A stretch of 63,844 bases of DNA, counting the filler, from Folioceros fuciformis (taxonomy: Eukaryota), in NCBI GenBank assembly GCA_049999805.1. It is 8 parts of 8 records of this genome, joined end to end, with 100 filler letters (N's around TTAATTAATTAA, not from the genome) between each part and the next. Parts side by side here need not be neighbours in the genome. Positions count along the whole stretch, not along the records: positions 36,190 to 50,711 come from JBNGIO010001380.1; positions 50,812 to 59,859 come from JBNGIO010001381.1; 6 more parts are not named here. One strand, written 5' to 3'. The notes beneath the pieces were generated by a model, which worked only from the letters and a program-made list of their open reading frames with translations, ran no database searches and was not told where the DNA came from. Every line of letters begins with the position of its first letter. Position 1 is the stretch's first letter. Shown piece by piece: positions 46,267 to 58,365 of this stretch. Both the position numbers and the translations under genes were made by a program.

Positions 46267-47599
46267 AGCCCAACGTTTTCAGGTTTTGTCTCCCGCACTG
46301 AAAAACGATTTGAGATTTGTTCAACAATGTGCCTCTATCCGCTTCCGCACCGATCTTGAGAATTCAGTCTCACCGCATTTTGTGGGGTGATGAATTTTAT
46401 GTTTGATTAATTTTATGTATGTTAGTTAAATTCGAACTCCGGCTTACCGTGATTGTATTATTAGTGTTCCCTTTTTGTTTACACCATGAAATTATTCCTC
46501 TTCCACGGCAATCTCGAGCCAAGCTTGGAAGCTAGGGTTGTGGTCGTATCAACTCCTTTGGCCCCATTTTCCAAACAGCCATTCAAGAGAAACAAGCTTC
46601 ACTCCCCAACCGGGCATAGTTGGCTTCACTCCCAAGTCACTTCCCATGCATAGTTGGATTCACTACCTAAGTCTCTCCCCATAGTAGGCTTAGTTGAACT
46701 CAGTCTCTTCCTAAATTTGTCCTACTTTAAAACTCTTGGGTTCAAGGGTGATTTGATCCCGCCTTTATTCTTCGAGCTTTGAGGTGTAAGGGAGTAGATT
46801 CATGGCATTTTGCTTATCTTACATCTAGGCTTGTCAAATTGCCCTAGCCTCTCATACAACATTGACACATTTGTAAGAATGCCTTCATTAGGCATATTAC
46901 TTTTGGATTGGTACTTGGATGGGGTGGCTAAGGGAAGAATGCTCTTGGTGCAAGTAGCTAGGTATAAATTGTTGAGTACCTAGATCCATGATAGAAATCA
47001 TCCTTGGTAAACTACAATAGACTCTCTTGTCTTCTCTTTTGTTACAACAATTAGGTTTTGTTTAGGCCCATCCAACCAAAAGGCATGCACATCCAAGCCT
47101 TGAGTCTTTCATGCCTCATGACCCACCTTACTACTTCTTGGTGGACAGGTATTGAACTAGTACACGACACTAGTCGTGTTGTCATATTCTCCCTGGGGAA
47201 CAAGCAGCTTGACTTCTTTCCTTATACATAGCATCTTGTAATTTCTTTTGCTTAGCACTCATTTACTCTCTTTTGTTGAATGGCATTTCCATTCGAGTAA
47301 AACCTTTCTTGGCAAAAGCCTAACTTCTTTCCTTATATGGAGCACCTCGTACTCTCTTTTGCTCAACACTCTTTAACTCTCTTTTGCTCAGCACTCTTTA
47401 ACTCTCTTTTGTTGAATGGCATCTACATTCGAGTAGAACCTTTCTTGGCAAAAGGGGACTAGGTTTAATAGTAGTTGTGGTAGCCACAAACCCTACTTGA
47501 GATCTTGTCTTGTTAAATGGAACTAGGTTTCATTACCATTTGTAGGAGGGACTAACCTTACTCGAGATTTTGTTAGTGGGAACAAGGACCCTTACCCGC

Positions 47600-48110
47600 T
47601 ATGGATCCAAGTTCACAAGTACTCCTTTAGCAAGGCCATTCACAAAGTACCCCATATGGATCCCAAGGTCGCAAGTACTCCCCTTTTGGCAAGGCCATTC
47701 ACAAGTACCCCTAATGGATTCCAAGTTCGCAAGTAGTCCCCTTTCTGCAAGGCCATTCACACGTTGCCCCTACGAATCCCAAGTTGGCAAGTACACCTCC
47801 CCTAGCAAGGGCATTCACAAGAACCCCTACAAATCCTATGTTCACAAGTACTCCTCTTTCAGCAAGGCGAACTCATAAGTACCCACCAATCCCATGTTCA
47901 CAAGTATTGTTCAACAAAGCCATTTACACGTACCCCTACAAATCCCATGTTCACAAGTACTCCTCTTTCAACAAAGCCATTCAGACATACCCCCTACAAA
48001 TCCCAAGTTCACAAGTACTCCCCTCTCAGCAAGGCCATTCTTGAGTACCCCTCGGGATCCCAAGCTCACAAGTACTCCCCTTGTAGCAAGGCCATTCCCA
48101 AGTATTACAG
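47600..48110. repeat. About 57-bp tandem repeat, about 9 diverged copies, in a TE-like region
   Basis: Recurrent cccaagttcacaagtactcccct..gcaaggccattcacaagtacccctacaaat; each unit holds two TTCACAAGTAC half-units. Confidence 0.9.
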
Positions 48111-49180
48111 TTTGCAGTAAGTACTTTGAGACATGGAGCCATGGGGTTCAAGCTTTTTCCAAGTTCTTTAAGACCAAGAGTATAATGACCATTGACAAAG
48201 TTCATTAAGATTAAGAGTGTCATTGTCATACGTGTGGGATTGGTCTCTCTCATATCATGGGCATTCTAGAGACAAAGAAGAATGTCGAGCCCTCATACCA
48301 CTTCACTACCATAGTAGACAAGTCCTTTTCTAGACGGATTATAAGATTCTAAGTGTAATAAGAAGCTATATGATTAGCAACAATGAGTTAGTCCTTGCAT
48401 TTATGTTTTACCCTCCTAAGTGGCATTCTCTAAGGTTTTGGAGAAATCTATTTTCTCATCAAAATAAAATTGGGAGTGTGCCTCGTAAACCGAGAATTTT
48501 TTTTTTTCTCCTACTTCTTCCGTCCTGCCACTGCGTTGCTAGAACTTGGGAAGTGCATAAGATAAATTATGAAATACTCACCTGCGACGTGTAACGCTGC
48601 CTGTGTCGTCCGCTTCGGCCGGGTAATCGAGGTAGCCGTGGCAATGTTGCTGATACGCTTCGTTATCTTTAGTGAACAATTGGGACGTGTTTGTGTGGGC
48701 TGGCAAGAATGCCGCAGCTTCTGCGCTGTAGGATGCTATTCCTCCTGTCTGTTAAGATGCAGGAGCAGCTTCGCTCACGGTGAAGATGTCCAAGCTATCT
48801 GCAGAGCCGAAGTTGTTCCCACCACTTCGTCGGATTGCCGCGAACATGGCACGCGTGCTCTGCAGGTTTGGTATGTTCAATTGGCTCTGCGTTATGGCAC
48901 GCGAATTCGGAGCGACCAGGATGAGCGCAGTGCGACCTGGTAGTGCGGTCGTCTTCCACAACTACTTACCATGTTCAAGAAGTGGTTGGTGGTACAGGGG
49001 TCAAGCTTGTGGATCCATGTTGCGGCTTAGGCTGGATGCAGCTGTTTGAAGCACAAAGGTACGACACTTGCTAACCCTACGGACGGCATGCAACAGACGT
49101 ATGTATGTACTTATGTATGTTGCATGCTGGAATGCTCAGCCCTAGCTAGCACACCGATTGCGGGGCACCGTGTTCAGGAA

Positions 49181-49278
49181 GCTTCAGCACCTTGGAACGT
49201 ACGCTTGAGCACCGTGGAACGTACGCTTCAGCACCGTGGAACGTACGCTTCAGCACCTTGGCTTGGAGCATACGCTTC
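49181..49278. repeat. 22-bp tandem repeat (about 4 copies) just upstream of the aminotransferase ATG
   Basis: gcttcagcacc(t/g)tggaacgtac at 49181, 49203, 49225 and 49247. Confidence 0.9.
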
Positions 49279-49365
49279 CGCAGGCTGTGTTAACTCTGTG
49301 TTGATACGTTGTGTGTTGGCGAGTAATAGCAGTATCTGCGAAGAGAGGCTGAAGAAGCTGGAGAG

Positions 49366-50634
49366 ATGGCGGCTGCGCAGCTTGTTGCAGGGGTGGCGGG
49401 GTCGGGAGGAGGGTGCGCTGCGGCCCCACTGGCCTCACGCAGCCAGTGGAGACAAGGCGAGGAGGTGAGCCTCTGCCTCCTCAACAGCGCAGGGTCGGCA
49501 TTGCCACGGGCTCGCCGAGGCCTTGTGCTTGCGGCGGCGGCGCCGGAGGGCGGGGCCGGGCCGGCTCAGGTGGTGTACTCACGGGAGCAGGCGTCGCTTG
49601 CGGCAGCGGCGGAGGCGGCGCTGCCGGCACACAAGAACAATCCGAAGGCGGAGAAGCACTGGCGGGCCACGGAGGAGGTGATTGAGAGCGAGGCCAAGCT
49701 CCTGGTGCACACTTACGCTCGCCCCCCCGTGGTGCTGGTGAGGGGCAAGGGATGCATTGTTTTTGACTCGGATGGGAAGGAGTACCTGGACCTCGCGGCA
49801 GGCATCGCTGTGAACTCTCTTGGCCACAGCGACCCCGCCTGGGTGAAGGCTGTGGCGGATCAGGCGGCCCTGCTTGTGCACACCAGCAACCTCTACCACA
49901 CCGTCCCGCAGGTTTGCTTCTCCCTCACCTTCCGCTCTCCTTCCTCCAATTGCATCGCATGCATCCCCGGAGAGTTTGTTTTTGTTTCCTTCTCCATTCA
50001 TGAGACCTTGCTTTCATGTCTTCTTCCTCCCGTTCGTTGTCCCTTCCTCCCGTTGCATTGCATTGCATGTCATGAGACCTTCCCTTTTTTGATGCTCCGT
50101 CCTGCGATTGCATTGCACTCTATCTTATGAGTGAGGCCTTGCTTGTTGCCTGGCATATTGTAGGTGAAGTTGGCGAAGAGGTTAGTGGACGCGTCCTTTG
50201 CGGACCGCGTCTTCTTCTCCAATTCCGGCACGGAGGCCAACGAAGCCGCCATCAAATTCGCAAGGAAGTTCCAGCGCGTGAAGGCGCAGGAGCGGGAGGA
50301 TGCCCGCTGGTTCAAGCTGCCCTTCAGGCAGCCGAATCCGGCCTCGGGCTTCGTGGCTTATTCCGGAGGCTTCCACGGCCGGACTCTAGGGGCGCTGGCC
50401 CTGACCAGCAAGGCGCAGTATCGAGCCCCATTCGAGCCCATCATGCCAGGCGTGACTTTCATCGAGTTCGGGGACTTGGAGGCGACCCGGAAGGCGGTGC
50501 AGGAGGGCGCCATAGCCGGCGTGTTCGTCGAGCCGGTTCAGGGGGAGGGCGGCGTCCTCCCCGCCGTCGCCACCTTCCTCCGCGGGCTCCGGAAGTTGTG
50601 TGACAACGAGGGAGTGCTGCTGATCTTTGATGAG
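49366..50634 (+). CDS. argD: Acetylornithine aminotransferase, organellar precursor (3' lost in gap)
   Basis: Exons 49366-49911 and 50164-50634: [82 protein letters not shown]. Confidence 0.95.
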
Positions 50635-50711
50635 GTGGAGCGCTCACCGTCTTCCTCCTCCTTTCTCCTTGTGATTTGAACTGGGTGTTGATGTGGGCCT
50701 GATGCTTGCAG

Positions 50712-50811
50712 NNNNNNNNNNNNNNNNNNNNNNNNNNNNNNNNNNNNNNNNNNNNTTAATTAATTAANNNNNNNNNNNNNNNNNNNNNNNNNNNNNNNNN
50801 NNNNNNNNNNN
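50712..50811. other. Artificial contig linker
   Basis: N44-TTAATTAATTAA-N44. Confidence 0.98.
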
Positions 50812-51259
50812 TGTCCCCAAAACGACACACAAGGAGCATATATATATTACGTACGTGAACGAAGTTCAAAGCTAGAAGTGCGAAAAACTAAAACGGGATG
50901 GGGCTCAATGCCGTCGAACGGGACGGGACCAGGAGACGCAACGCTATGTACATGCGTAGGTTTTGGCTTACGAGAGTAACGGGTATGGCGGCCTGCCAGC
51001 TGATGCTACGGGATGCCGTCAAGCGGCGTGAAGGGACGTCTTGCTGAACGCTGAAAGACTGTCCTGGAGGCAGGTCTTGCTGAACAGCACATCGCCTGCG
51101 TTTCAGGATCGACGAAGAGGAGATGTAAGAATTGCTGTTGAGGTGGAGGCAAGTTGAGATTGTGGGCGTGGAGTCGTTTTCAATCGTGTTGGAAGGATAT
51201 TGGAGACAAAAGGATCGGGTTGTTCAGGCCCTTGAATTGGGACGTTGAGCCCGATATAG

Positions 51260-52695
51260 ATGGGGTACAAGGACAACTTAGGCCCGGTGACTTCGGAGTG
51301 GCTGAGACAAGCAGAGGATGCTCGCATGCGTAGTGTGTCCAAGCCAGAAGCACGGTCTCTAGATATGGAGGAAGACGGCAATGGCGGACCCATCAGCGTG
51401 ATCGATGAATTCAATCTGTGGCGCAACAAGCCTGAGTTTGCGGAAGCTGTGGCTGCCATCAAGGCTCTCACTGCTGTCATTAAGTGGACCCGGGCTTCCA
51501 CTATGATGGGGCTCGAAATTGAGCTGCGGAAGGCGGCCGAGGCTTTGAAGGCAAGTTTCCTGAGCTGGCCTCCATCATCATCCTGGACGTGATGCAAGGT
51601 GCTTTCTAGCAGAGCCTGCGTTGGCCTTAGGGATAAGGCCTGCGGTGCCGCTCTTATCTCTGATCGGATGCCGCTGTCTCTTCCTCACCAGGCCTGGGAT
51701 AAAACGTCCATATCGCTGTCTGCAGGGTGCGATCTGTTTATGCGCTATGTTACCCGGACTTCAGCGTTGGAGTATGAAGACATTGAAGCTGGCAAGGCTC
51801 GGCTCATGGAGCGTGGGGAAAGGTTTGCAGAGATATCGCTTAAGGTACGGGGGAAGGGACGTTGTGGCCTATTCTCTTGAGGCTGTGCTGCTCAGGAAAC
51901 AGGTTGTTAAGATTGGTTGCTTTTTTGGCAGGCACGACAGACCATTGCCATGCTCGGCCAGGACTTTGTGCGGGATGGATCCACCATCTTAACTCATGGT
52001 TACTCCAGGGTGGTATTGTCATTGCTGAAGCTCGCAGCGTCGAACGGCAAGCATTTCAGTGTTGTCTCCACGGGTGAGCCTTGTTGCCAACATCCCGAAC
52101 CCTAAACTTTGTAGTGCATTACTGCCATGCCTTCCTTCTGACCCAGTGCCGTGACCTGCAGAAGGACGTGCTGATAACACTGGCATCGAGATGGCCAAGG
52201 AGCTAGCTTCCGTAGGAATCCCCGTCACACTTATCCTGGATGCGGGTGTGGCTTACATGATGGAAAAGGTGGACATGGTCCTCGTAGGTGCAGAAGGAGT
52301 GGTGGAGAGCGGGGGCATCATCAACATGCTCGGCACCTATCAGACCGCGCTGGTGGCCAGAAGCATGAACAAGCCTGTGTACGTGGCAGCCGAGAGCTTC
52401 AAGGTATGTACATCCCTATTCATAAAGCCATGGCCTCCCTCCCCTGCCAACCCATAACGGCTCATCTTTCCTCTTCATCTGCATGCAGTTTGCACGGCTG
52501 TACCCCTTGGATCAAAGGGACCTGTCCCCGGCTCCCAGGCACGTCAACTTCCCTGTACCCCTGCCTGAGTCCGTGCTTTTGGAGAACTCTGCCAGGGACT
52601 ACACTCCACCCCAGTTCCTCACTCTCCTGTTCACCGACCTCGGGGTGTTAACACCCTCGGCTGTAAGCGACGAGCTCATCCAACTCTACCTCTAG
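51260..52695 (+). CDS. EIF2B1: Translation initiation factor eIF-2B subunit alpha, multi-exon
   Basis: AEAVAAIKAL, STMMGLEIEL, SLSAGCDLFMRYVTRT, ILTHGYSRVV, VGAEGVVESGGIINMLGT, AAESFKFARLYPLDQ, DYTPP..TLLFTDLGVLTPSAVSDELI. Confidence 0.96.
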
Positions 52696-54058
52696 GCTGC
52701 AGGGTGTAGTTATATAGGAAAGCTGGCTGTGCATCTCTTGGTACATCGGCTGGCTGAGCTGTTTTTTTGGTAATCAGAGTACCTACCTTACATATAACCT
52801 AGAGGTCCTACAGACATACAACATGAACGTAGCAGGCTGGTGGCTTTAAAGCTCCAGCGGGCCCCGTCGTTGCAGGCCAGAGATTGCGTGAACGTGCCTT
52901 CAATGTTTGTGGGGTACAATGACATCCCTTGCCACATGAATAGTTTAAACAAAGGAAGAAGAGCAAGTGCGCTGATGGAAGTGACGGAAGTCGTAAGTAG
53001 GATTTGGGTTCTTGATTTGGCAAACGGCACGCAGATTTTGAATTGCTGGAGCAAGGGAATTTCCAGCTAATTTTAGGGGGTTCCTGGGCGGGGGATGTGT
53101 CGCCTTGGAACCTTGTTGGGCGGGAGCGTCTGCATCTCCCTGCTGGATCGCGCGGAGTGCGTTGTCCGGCCGTCCCGGTTGTCCAGACACCTTCCTTTCC
53201 ACCCTGCTGTCTGCTTGTCTGCCGCCTCTTCTTCTCCTGGTGCGCGCCACTCTGGTGCGGCTCGGAGGCTGCGGATCCAGCCCATTCCACCCTCTTTGTG
53301 GAGGCAGGGGCAGGGATTCCGTCTGCTCACTCCGCAGCGCCTTTCGAATCCGTGGGCCGGCAGCCTCCATCGGGCCGCGATCTGCTTGCCGACCACCAAG
53401 CGCGCTTGCTGCGCCTTCTTGTGGCGCGCGGGGAAATGCTGTCTTCTTGGCCGATCCGGGCGTGCGCGGATGGCGTGCCGCGGGGATGCTAGATGCGGCA
53501 TTGCGCCGATCGGAGTCTTGACGGGCTGGTGAGTGTGGTGCAATTCCTAGGGTGCTGCGTGTGTGGGTGGTGGGTGATTGCTGTCCGTCGCTTGCCGTGG
53601 GACTGAATTGTGGGTTTCACCTGCCTGCTGGATTTTGATGAGTGGATCTTCTGGCTTGTGCTGTCCCGTAGAATTCTCATCCCCCGGGCGATGCAGATGC
53701 GTTGATGGAGGGCGGAGAGGGAGAATCACCTCGTGGTTGTGGCTGTGGTCGTGCGGCTTTCCGGTGCCATCTCCTCTGCATTCCATGAGGAAGCCGTTGA
53801 TGGTGAGAGCTGTCTTGCTGGACGATTGGTTGCTGGCTGCTTTTGTGTCTCGGCCCCTTGTCCTGAGGGGTAGATTAGATCAGCGGGGATCGGATTGGCA
53901 TGGTGGCATCAGGTGGGTAGGTTATCCCACGACAGGGGGACTCGTTGAACAGTGTTAAAAGGACGGGGCAAGGAGCAGGGGACGGGACGGGCAACCCTAG
54001 AGTGGTTGCGGAGGTTTTGGGCGGGTCCCCATTGTGTAGCTCTTGGAAGCAGGTCGAC

Positions 54059-56950
54059 ATGAAGCGTGCTTACAAGATACAGGAGTTTGTGGCACACACG
54101 GGAAATGTCAACTGTGTCAAGATCGGGAAGAAGACGTCCAGGGTGCTGGTCACTGGTGGGGAGGACAGCAAGGTGAACATGTGGGCCGTTGGGAAGCCCA
54201 ACCCAATCCTCAGCCTGTCAGGCCACTCCAGTGCCGTGGAATCAGTCACGTTTGATGTAACTGAGTCTCTCGTTGTGGCTGGCGCTGCGAGTGGGACTAT
54301 CAAGCTGTGGGACCTTGAGGAAGCAAGGATTGTGCGCACACTCACAGGCCATCGCTCCAATTGCACAGCACTGGATTTCCATCCGTTTGGTGAGTTTTTT
54401 GCCTCGGGGTCTCTTGACACAAATCTTAAAGTGTGGGATGTCAGGAGGAAGGGATGCATCCACACTTACAAAGGACACACCAAGGGTGTGAATTCCGTGA
54501 GGTTTAGTCCCGATGGTCGATGGGTTGTCTCAGGTGGGGAAGACAATGTGGTGAAGCTGTGGGACTTGACCGCAGGAAAGCTCATCCATGAGTTCAAGCA
54601 TCATGATGGTCAGGTGCAGTGTCTTGATTTTCATCCCCAGGAATTTCTGCTTGCCACTGGGTCTGCGGATAGGACTGTCAAGTTTGTGGACCTGGAAACC
54701 TTTGCCACTATTGGATGTGCTGGACCTGAGCCAACTGGCGTGCGCTCTCTTGTTTTCCATCCTGATGGTCAAACTGTGCTTTATGGTTTACATGAGACCT
54801 TGAAGGTTTACTCCTGGGAGCCCCTGAGGTGTCATGATGTTGTTGAGGTGGGCTGGTCCAAACTTGCTGACTTATCCATCTCCGAAGGCAAACTTCTTGG
54901 GTGCTCTTATAATCAAAGTTGTGTCGGTGTCTGGGTGGTGGACCTGGCACATGTTGCACCCCATGGGGCAGGAGTCGCCCGAGGTTTTGGTAGTCCTAGG
55001 AGCAGTTTTTCCTTTCGGAGTCCCAAACTGCTAACTAGCAGAGATCTCCAGCAAGTTGGTGAAGGGATCACCAGGATTATTGTTGACCGAGAACAACCTT
55101 CTGAACAAGTAAAGGAGGTTACCAAGGTGACCACAGGAAGAGATCTTCTTAGTCGCCATGTGGCTGATGGACTAACGCGGCAGAATTTTGCGAGTAGACC
55201 CCAACAAGCAGATGATGCAGGAATCAGATTGAGCATCAGCAAGGAGATGAAGGCAAGCGATATTCTAGTTCAGCAAGAGCAGGATGATACTAGCAAGCTG
55301 AGTGCTAGTGAAGAGTTTCCTGTTCAGCAGGTGAGGAATGGGGCAGAGAAGATAAGCAGTAGTAGAGACAGCTCAACGAAGTTGGTGGCCAATGGTGGCA
55401 ATATTGTGTATACTAGCAATGAGTCCGTCTTGCAACAAGTGAGTGACAGGGGAAAAATTATACCGGACAGTAGAGAGCAGAGTACTCAACCAGCAGATGA
55501 CGAAGCGTTCAGTAAGGGAAGGAGTCACCATCCTCAGCCAGGAGAGGATGCCAAGGTTGTACATGTAACAGAGCAAGCCACTGTGCAAGTAATTCAGGAA
55601 GATTTGAAAGATGTTGCTCACCAGCACACTGCCGATGATGAAAAACATACAGTCACAGGTAGGGATTGCACAGTCCAGCAGGCAAATGATAGTGGCGGTA
55701 AAGTTGCCAGTATACGAGAACAGGTATTCTTGGAACCAAGCACTAGACTAAGCAGTAGCAAGGATAATTTTACAGATCAAACAAATGATGGTTCAAGTAA
55801 AGTGAATAGCATCAGGGAACAACTCGTACATGAATCTGTAGCTAGATCAAGTACCGTTAGGGACCACCAGACTCAGCCAGCCAATGGAAGTGGCAGTAGA
55901 GTGAGCAGCATCAAAGAAATACTGTTTCCTGAGCGACCAAACAACACCAGGGATAACCTTACCCTGCAAGCAAGCGATGGTGGTGTTAAAGTGAGCAGCA
56001 TCAGGGAGACGCTGTTTCCTGATTCAGGGAACAGACTGAATAACAGAGACCCTGTTCCTCGACATCTGGGAACTGGCGATGCCAGGAGGCCCAGTGATAT
56101 CGTTGTGAAACGGCCTGTAGCATTTGAGGTTATGAATTCGTCCCCTCGGGTCTCGCAGATTGACTCCTTTAAACCTTCCACACCAACAAGAGGCATTGTC
56201 AAAGTGGAGGACCACAGTTTTTTGATTGGAGGAGCAAGATCTGCTTTATCCAAAGGAAGTGCATTTCAGAATGGAGGCAAAGGGTCTGGTGCTGATGCCG
56301 AGGCTTTTGGCAGCAAAGGCAGACTAGAGAGGACGTACTCTTCTGGTGAGAATGGACTGAAGCCACTCGGACTGGATATGAATGCCTTTGCTCCGAAGGG
56401 GAGCTTGACTGATCGATCTGACTCATCAGTGAATGACGTTGATCTTATCAAGGAGTTGATGCAACAGCACCAGACTGTATCTAGCATTTTGCTGTCCCGC
56501 CTCACAAATATGCAAGTTGTGCAGAGATTCCTGGCCAGGGATGACTTGAAGGGTGCTGTGGAGGCCCTGGCTAAAGTTGCGGACCCATCTGTCCTCATTG
56601 ATGTTGTAAATGTGCTCATGGCAAAGTGCGATTCTTTCACGTTGGAAATATGTTCCATGCTGCTTCCTTCTATTAATGAGCTGCTTACCAGTGAACATGA
56701 AAAGTATCTGTTGACGGGAGTTGCATTGCTGTCCATGTTAGTCACAAGCTTTGGCAGTACTATTCACTCTACACGGGTTGCCCCTCCTGCAGTAGGTGTT
56801 GACCTTGAAGCAGAGAGACGACAGGAGTGCTGCAAAGTGTGCTATGAAAAGCTGCAGTCAATAAGGCAGAGCCTAGTTCCGCTGACCAGGAGAGGAGGTC
56901 AATTAGCAAAAGCTGCACATGATCTTAGCACGTCTCTTGATGAGATTTAG
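54059..56950 (+). CDS. KTN80: Katanin p80 WD40 subunit B1, intronless CDS
   Basis: [13 protein letters not shown] start, WD40 repeats ([30 protein letters not shown]), and a C-terminal con80 domain ([26 protein letters not shown]). Confidence 0.95.
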   Translation: MKRAYKIQEFVAHTGNVNCVKIGKKTSRVLVTGGEDSKVNMWAVGKPNPILSLSGHSSAVESVTFDVTESLVVAGAASGTIKLWDLEEARIVRTLTGHRSNCTALDFHPFGEFFASGSLDTNLKVWDVRRKGCIHTYKGHTKGVNSVRFSPDGRWVVSGGEDNVVKLWDLTAGKLIHEFKHHDGQVQCLDFHPQEFLLATGSADRTVKFVDLETFATIGCAGPEPTGVRSLVFHPDGQTVLYGLHETLKVYSWEPLRCHDVVEVGWSKLADLSISEGKLLGCSYNQSCVGVWVVDLAHVAPHGAGVARGFGSPRSSFSFRSPKLLTSRDLQQVGEGITRIIVDREQPSEQVKEVTKVTTGRDLLSRHVADGLTRQNFASRPQQADDAGIRLSISKEMKASDILVQQEQDDTSKLSASEEFPVQQVRNGAEKISSSRDSSTKLVANGGNIVYTSNESVLQQVSDRGKIIPDSREQSTQPADDEAFSKGRSHHPQPGEDAKVVHVTEQATVQVIQEDLKDVAHQHTADDEKHTVTGRDCTVQQANDSGGKVASIREQVFLEPSTRLSSSKDNFTDQTNDGSSKVNSIREQLVHESVARSSTVRDHQTQPANGSGSRVSSIKEILFPERPNNTRDNLTLQASDGGVKVSSIRETLFPDSGNRLNNRDPVPRHLGTGDARRPSDIVVKRPVAFEVMNSSPRVSQIDSFKPSTPTRGIVKVEDHSFLIGGARSALSKGSAFQNGGKGSGADAEAFGSKGRLERTYSSGENGLKPLGLDMNAFAPKGSLTDRSDSSVNDVDLIKELMQQHQTVSSILLSRLTNMQVVQRFLARDDLKGAVEALAKVADPSVLIDVVNVLMAKCDSFTLEICSMLLPSINELLTSEHEKYLLTGVALLSMLVTSFGSTIHSTRVAPPAVGVDLEAERRQECCKVCYEKLQSIRQSLVPLTRRGGQLAKAAHDLSTSLDEI

Positions 56951-58365
56951 GGCTCTGCAGCAGGTTTCATGTCCCCGAACTGTGGTCTCATGTCTTCCAA
57001 GGTAGTTTCGATGTTTACGTTCAGCTATTTCTGATTGTTACAGCCGTACCTCATTGGTTTCCTCTTCAACTATGAGGAGGACTGTTACAGTTCCTGTGCG
57101 TGCACCATTGCTTGTGTGCTGTACAATTGGCTTCATCTCGTCATGGCGACTGGCAGGGTATGGCATGATGTCAAGGAGGAGCCTGAGCAGCAGCAAGGAC
57201 AGTTCTTCAAGTGCTCTTCAAATTACATGACAAACTGGAAAATCAAGCATGGTGGACAGGATGGGTATGGACTTTAGGTTATATATACGTTTATGAAGAA
57301 AATGCAGCCCAATTATTAATGTGGCAGAGAGGATAGCGGAAATCAATTGGGCATGCTGAGTTGAGCTTTCGGTGAGACACGGCATCCACCCGTTTGATGC
57401 GTTGTCTTTTCATTGCTCAATGCAGAATGGAAAATGCGAAATTGTCATGGTGAATGTCCCGTGTCGTTCATCAGGTGCCAGTAGAACGTCTGTGTGTCCT
57501 TGCGAAGGGAACCTCCCCCTTGCGTCATGGGGCTCATGTTCTGAAGACTGTTTGAACCACTAGAGTGTCCCTGGTCCTGACTGCTCTCATTTTGTTTCAG
57601 GTTATACCCTGTCCAGAATTGCTACAACTGAACTGGATGCCTCAGTTCCACCCCGCGCATCTATGCTGGAAGGAATAGCCTTTTGCCAATTATTCGAAAT
57701 GAAGCCTGGTTTTGGTTCTGTCAAACAGTGCAGGTAAGCTTGTTTGCCCTCGTCGTAGTTGCTGCCCGGCATTCAAGTTCCGTAGACGATGCTGATACAT
57801 GTTTGCCACTCTTCTGATGGGCAGGAAAGTTGACGAAATGGTCCGGAGATGATGCGGAGAAATTTGCAGGATTTCTCAGCTTGGGAGAAAAGTGCAAGAA
57901 GACGTCCCTACCAGACCGAATACGGGTGGAACAATGCATGCATCTGGTACTCGCTGCGACTCGTGGAAGCTTATCTTTACAAGGTGAAGCTAGTAGACCA
58001 CGGACAATTGGTGGAGCCCGGAAACGGGATGTGGTATCCACAATTCCACTTCGAAAATGCTGAGATTGTCCGCTGCAACACTGGGCAGCTGTTACTTGCC
58101 AGCAGATTAATACAATGCCTCGGGGAATGAAACCAAACATATTTACCAATGCCCTTGTTTGCTTCTCGTGCCTGCTTGCCAACGAAGCCAGTGCAAAGGT
58201 GGTTATCCATGTGCACCTGTTCACACCATCCTGTATGTATCCTTGCGTGCGTTGGTAGGTAGGCAAGATGGCCACCGAGGCTTCTATTGATGGATCATAT
58301 GGTACATTTCGAGGGGTCGACCCTCAGTGATCTTAGACAGATGGTGATCTTGAAAAATTCGGACG

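Noticed and set aside
47570-48253. ORFs with repeated FTSTPLSARP
   Set aside because: Translation of the ~57-bp tandem array, with no consistent frame.
52808-53958. Cluster of overlapping GC-rich ORFs
   Set aside because: No domain signatures; best explained as the promoter and 5' UTR (with intron) of katanin p80.
53945-54058. N-terminal extension of the 1001-aa katanin ORF
   Set aside because: It starts at TTG; family homology begins at ATG 54059, right after a plausible splice acceptor.
57721-58275. Short ORFs between katanin and ABC1K8 (e.g. 57849-58130)
   Set aside because: No recognisable motif or coherent splice chain. It could be a decayed gene but I cannot support a call.
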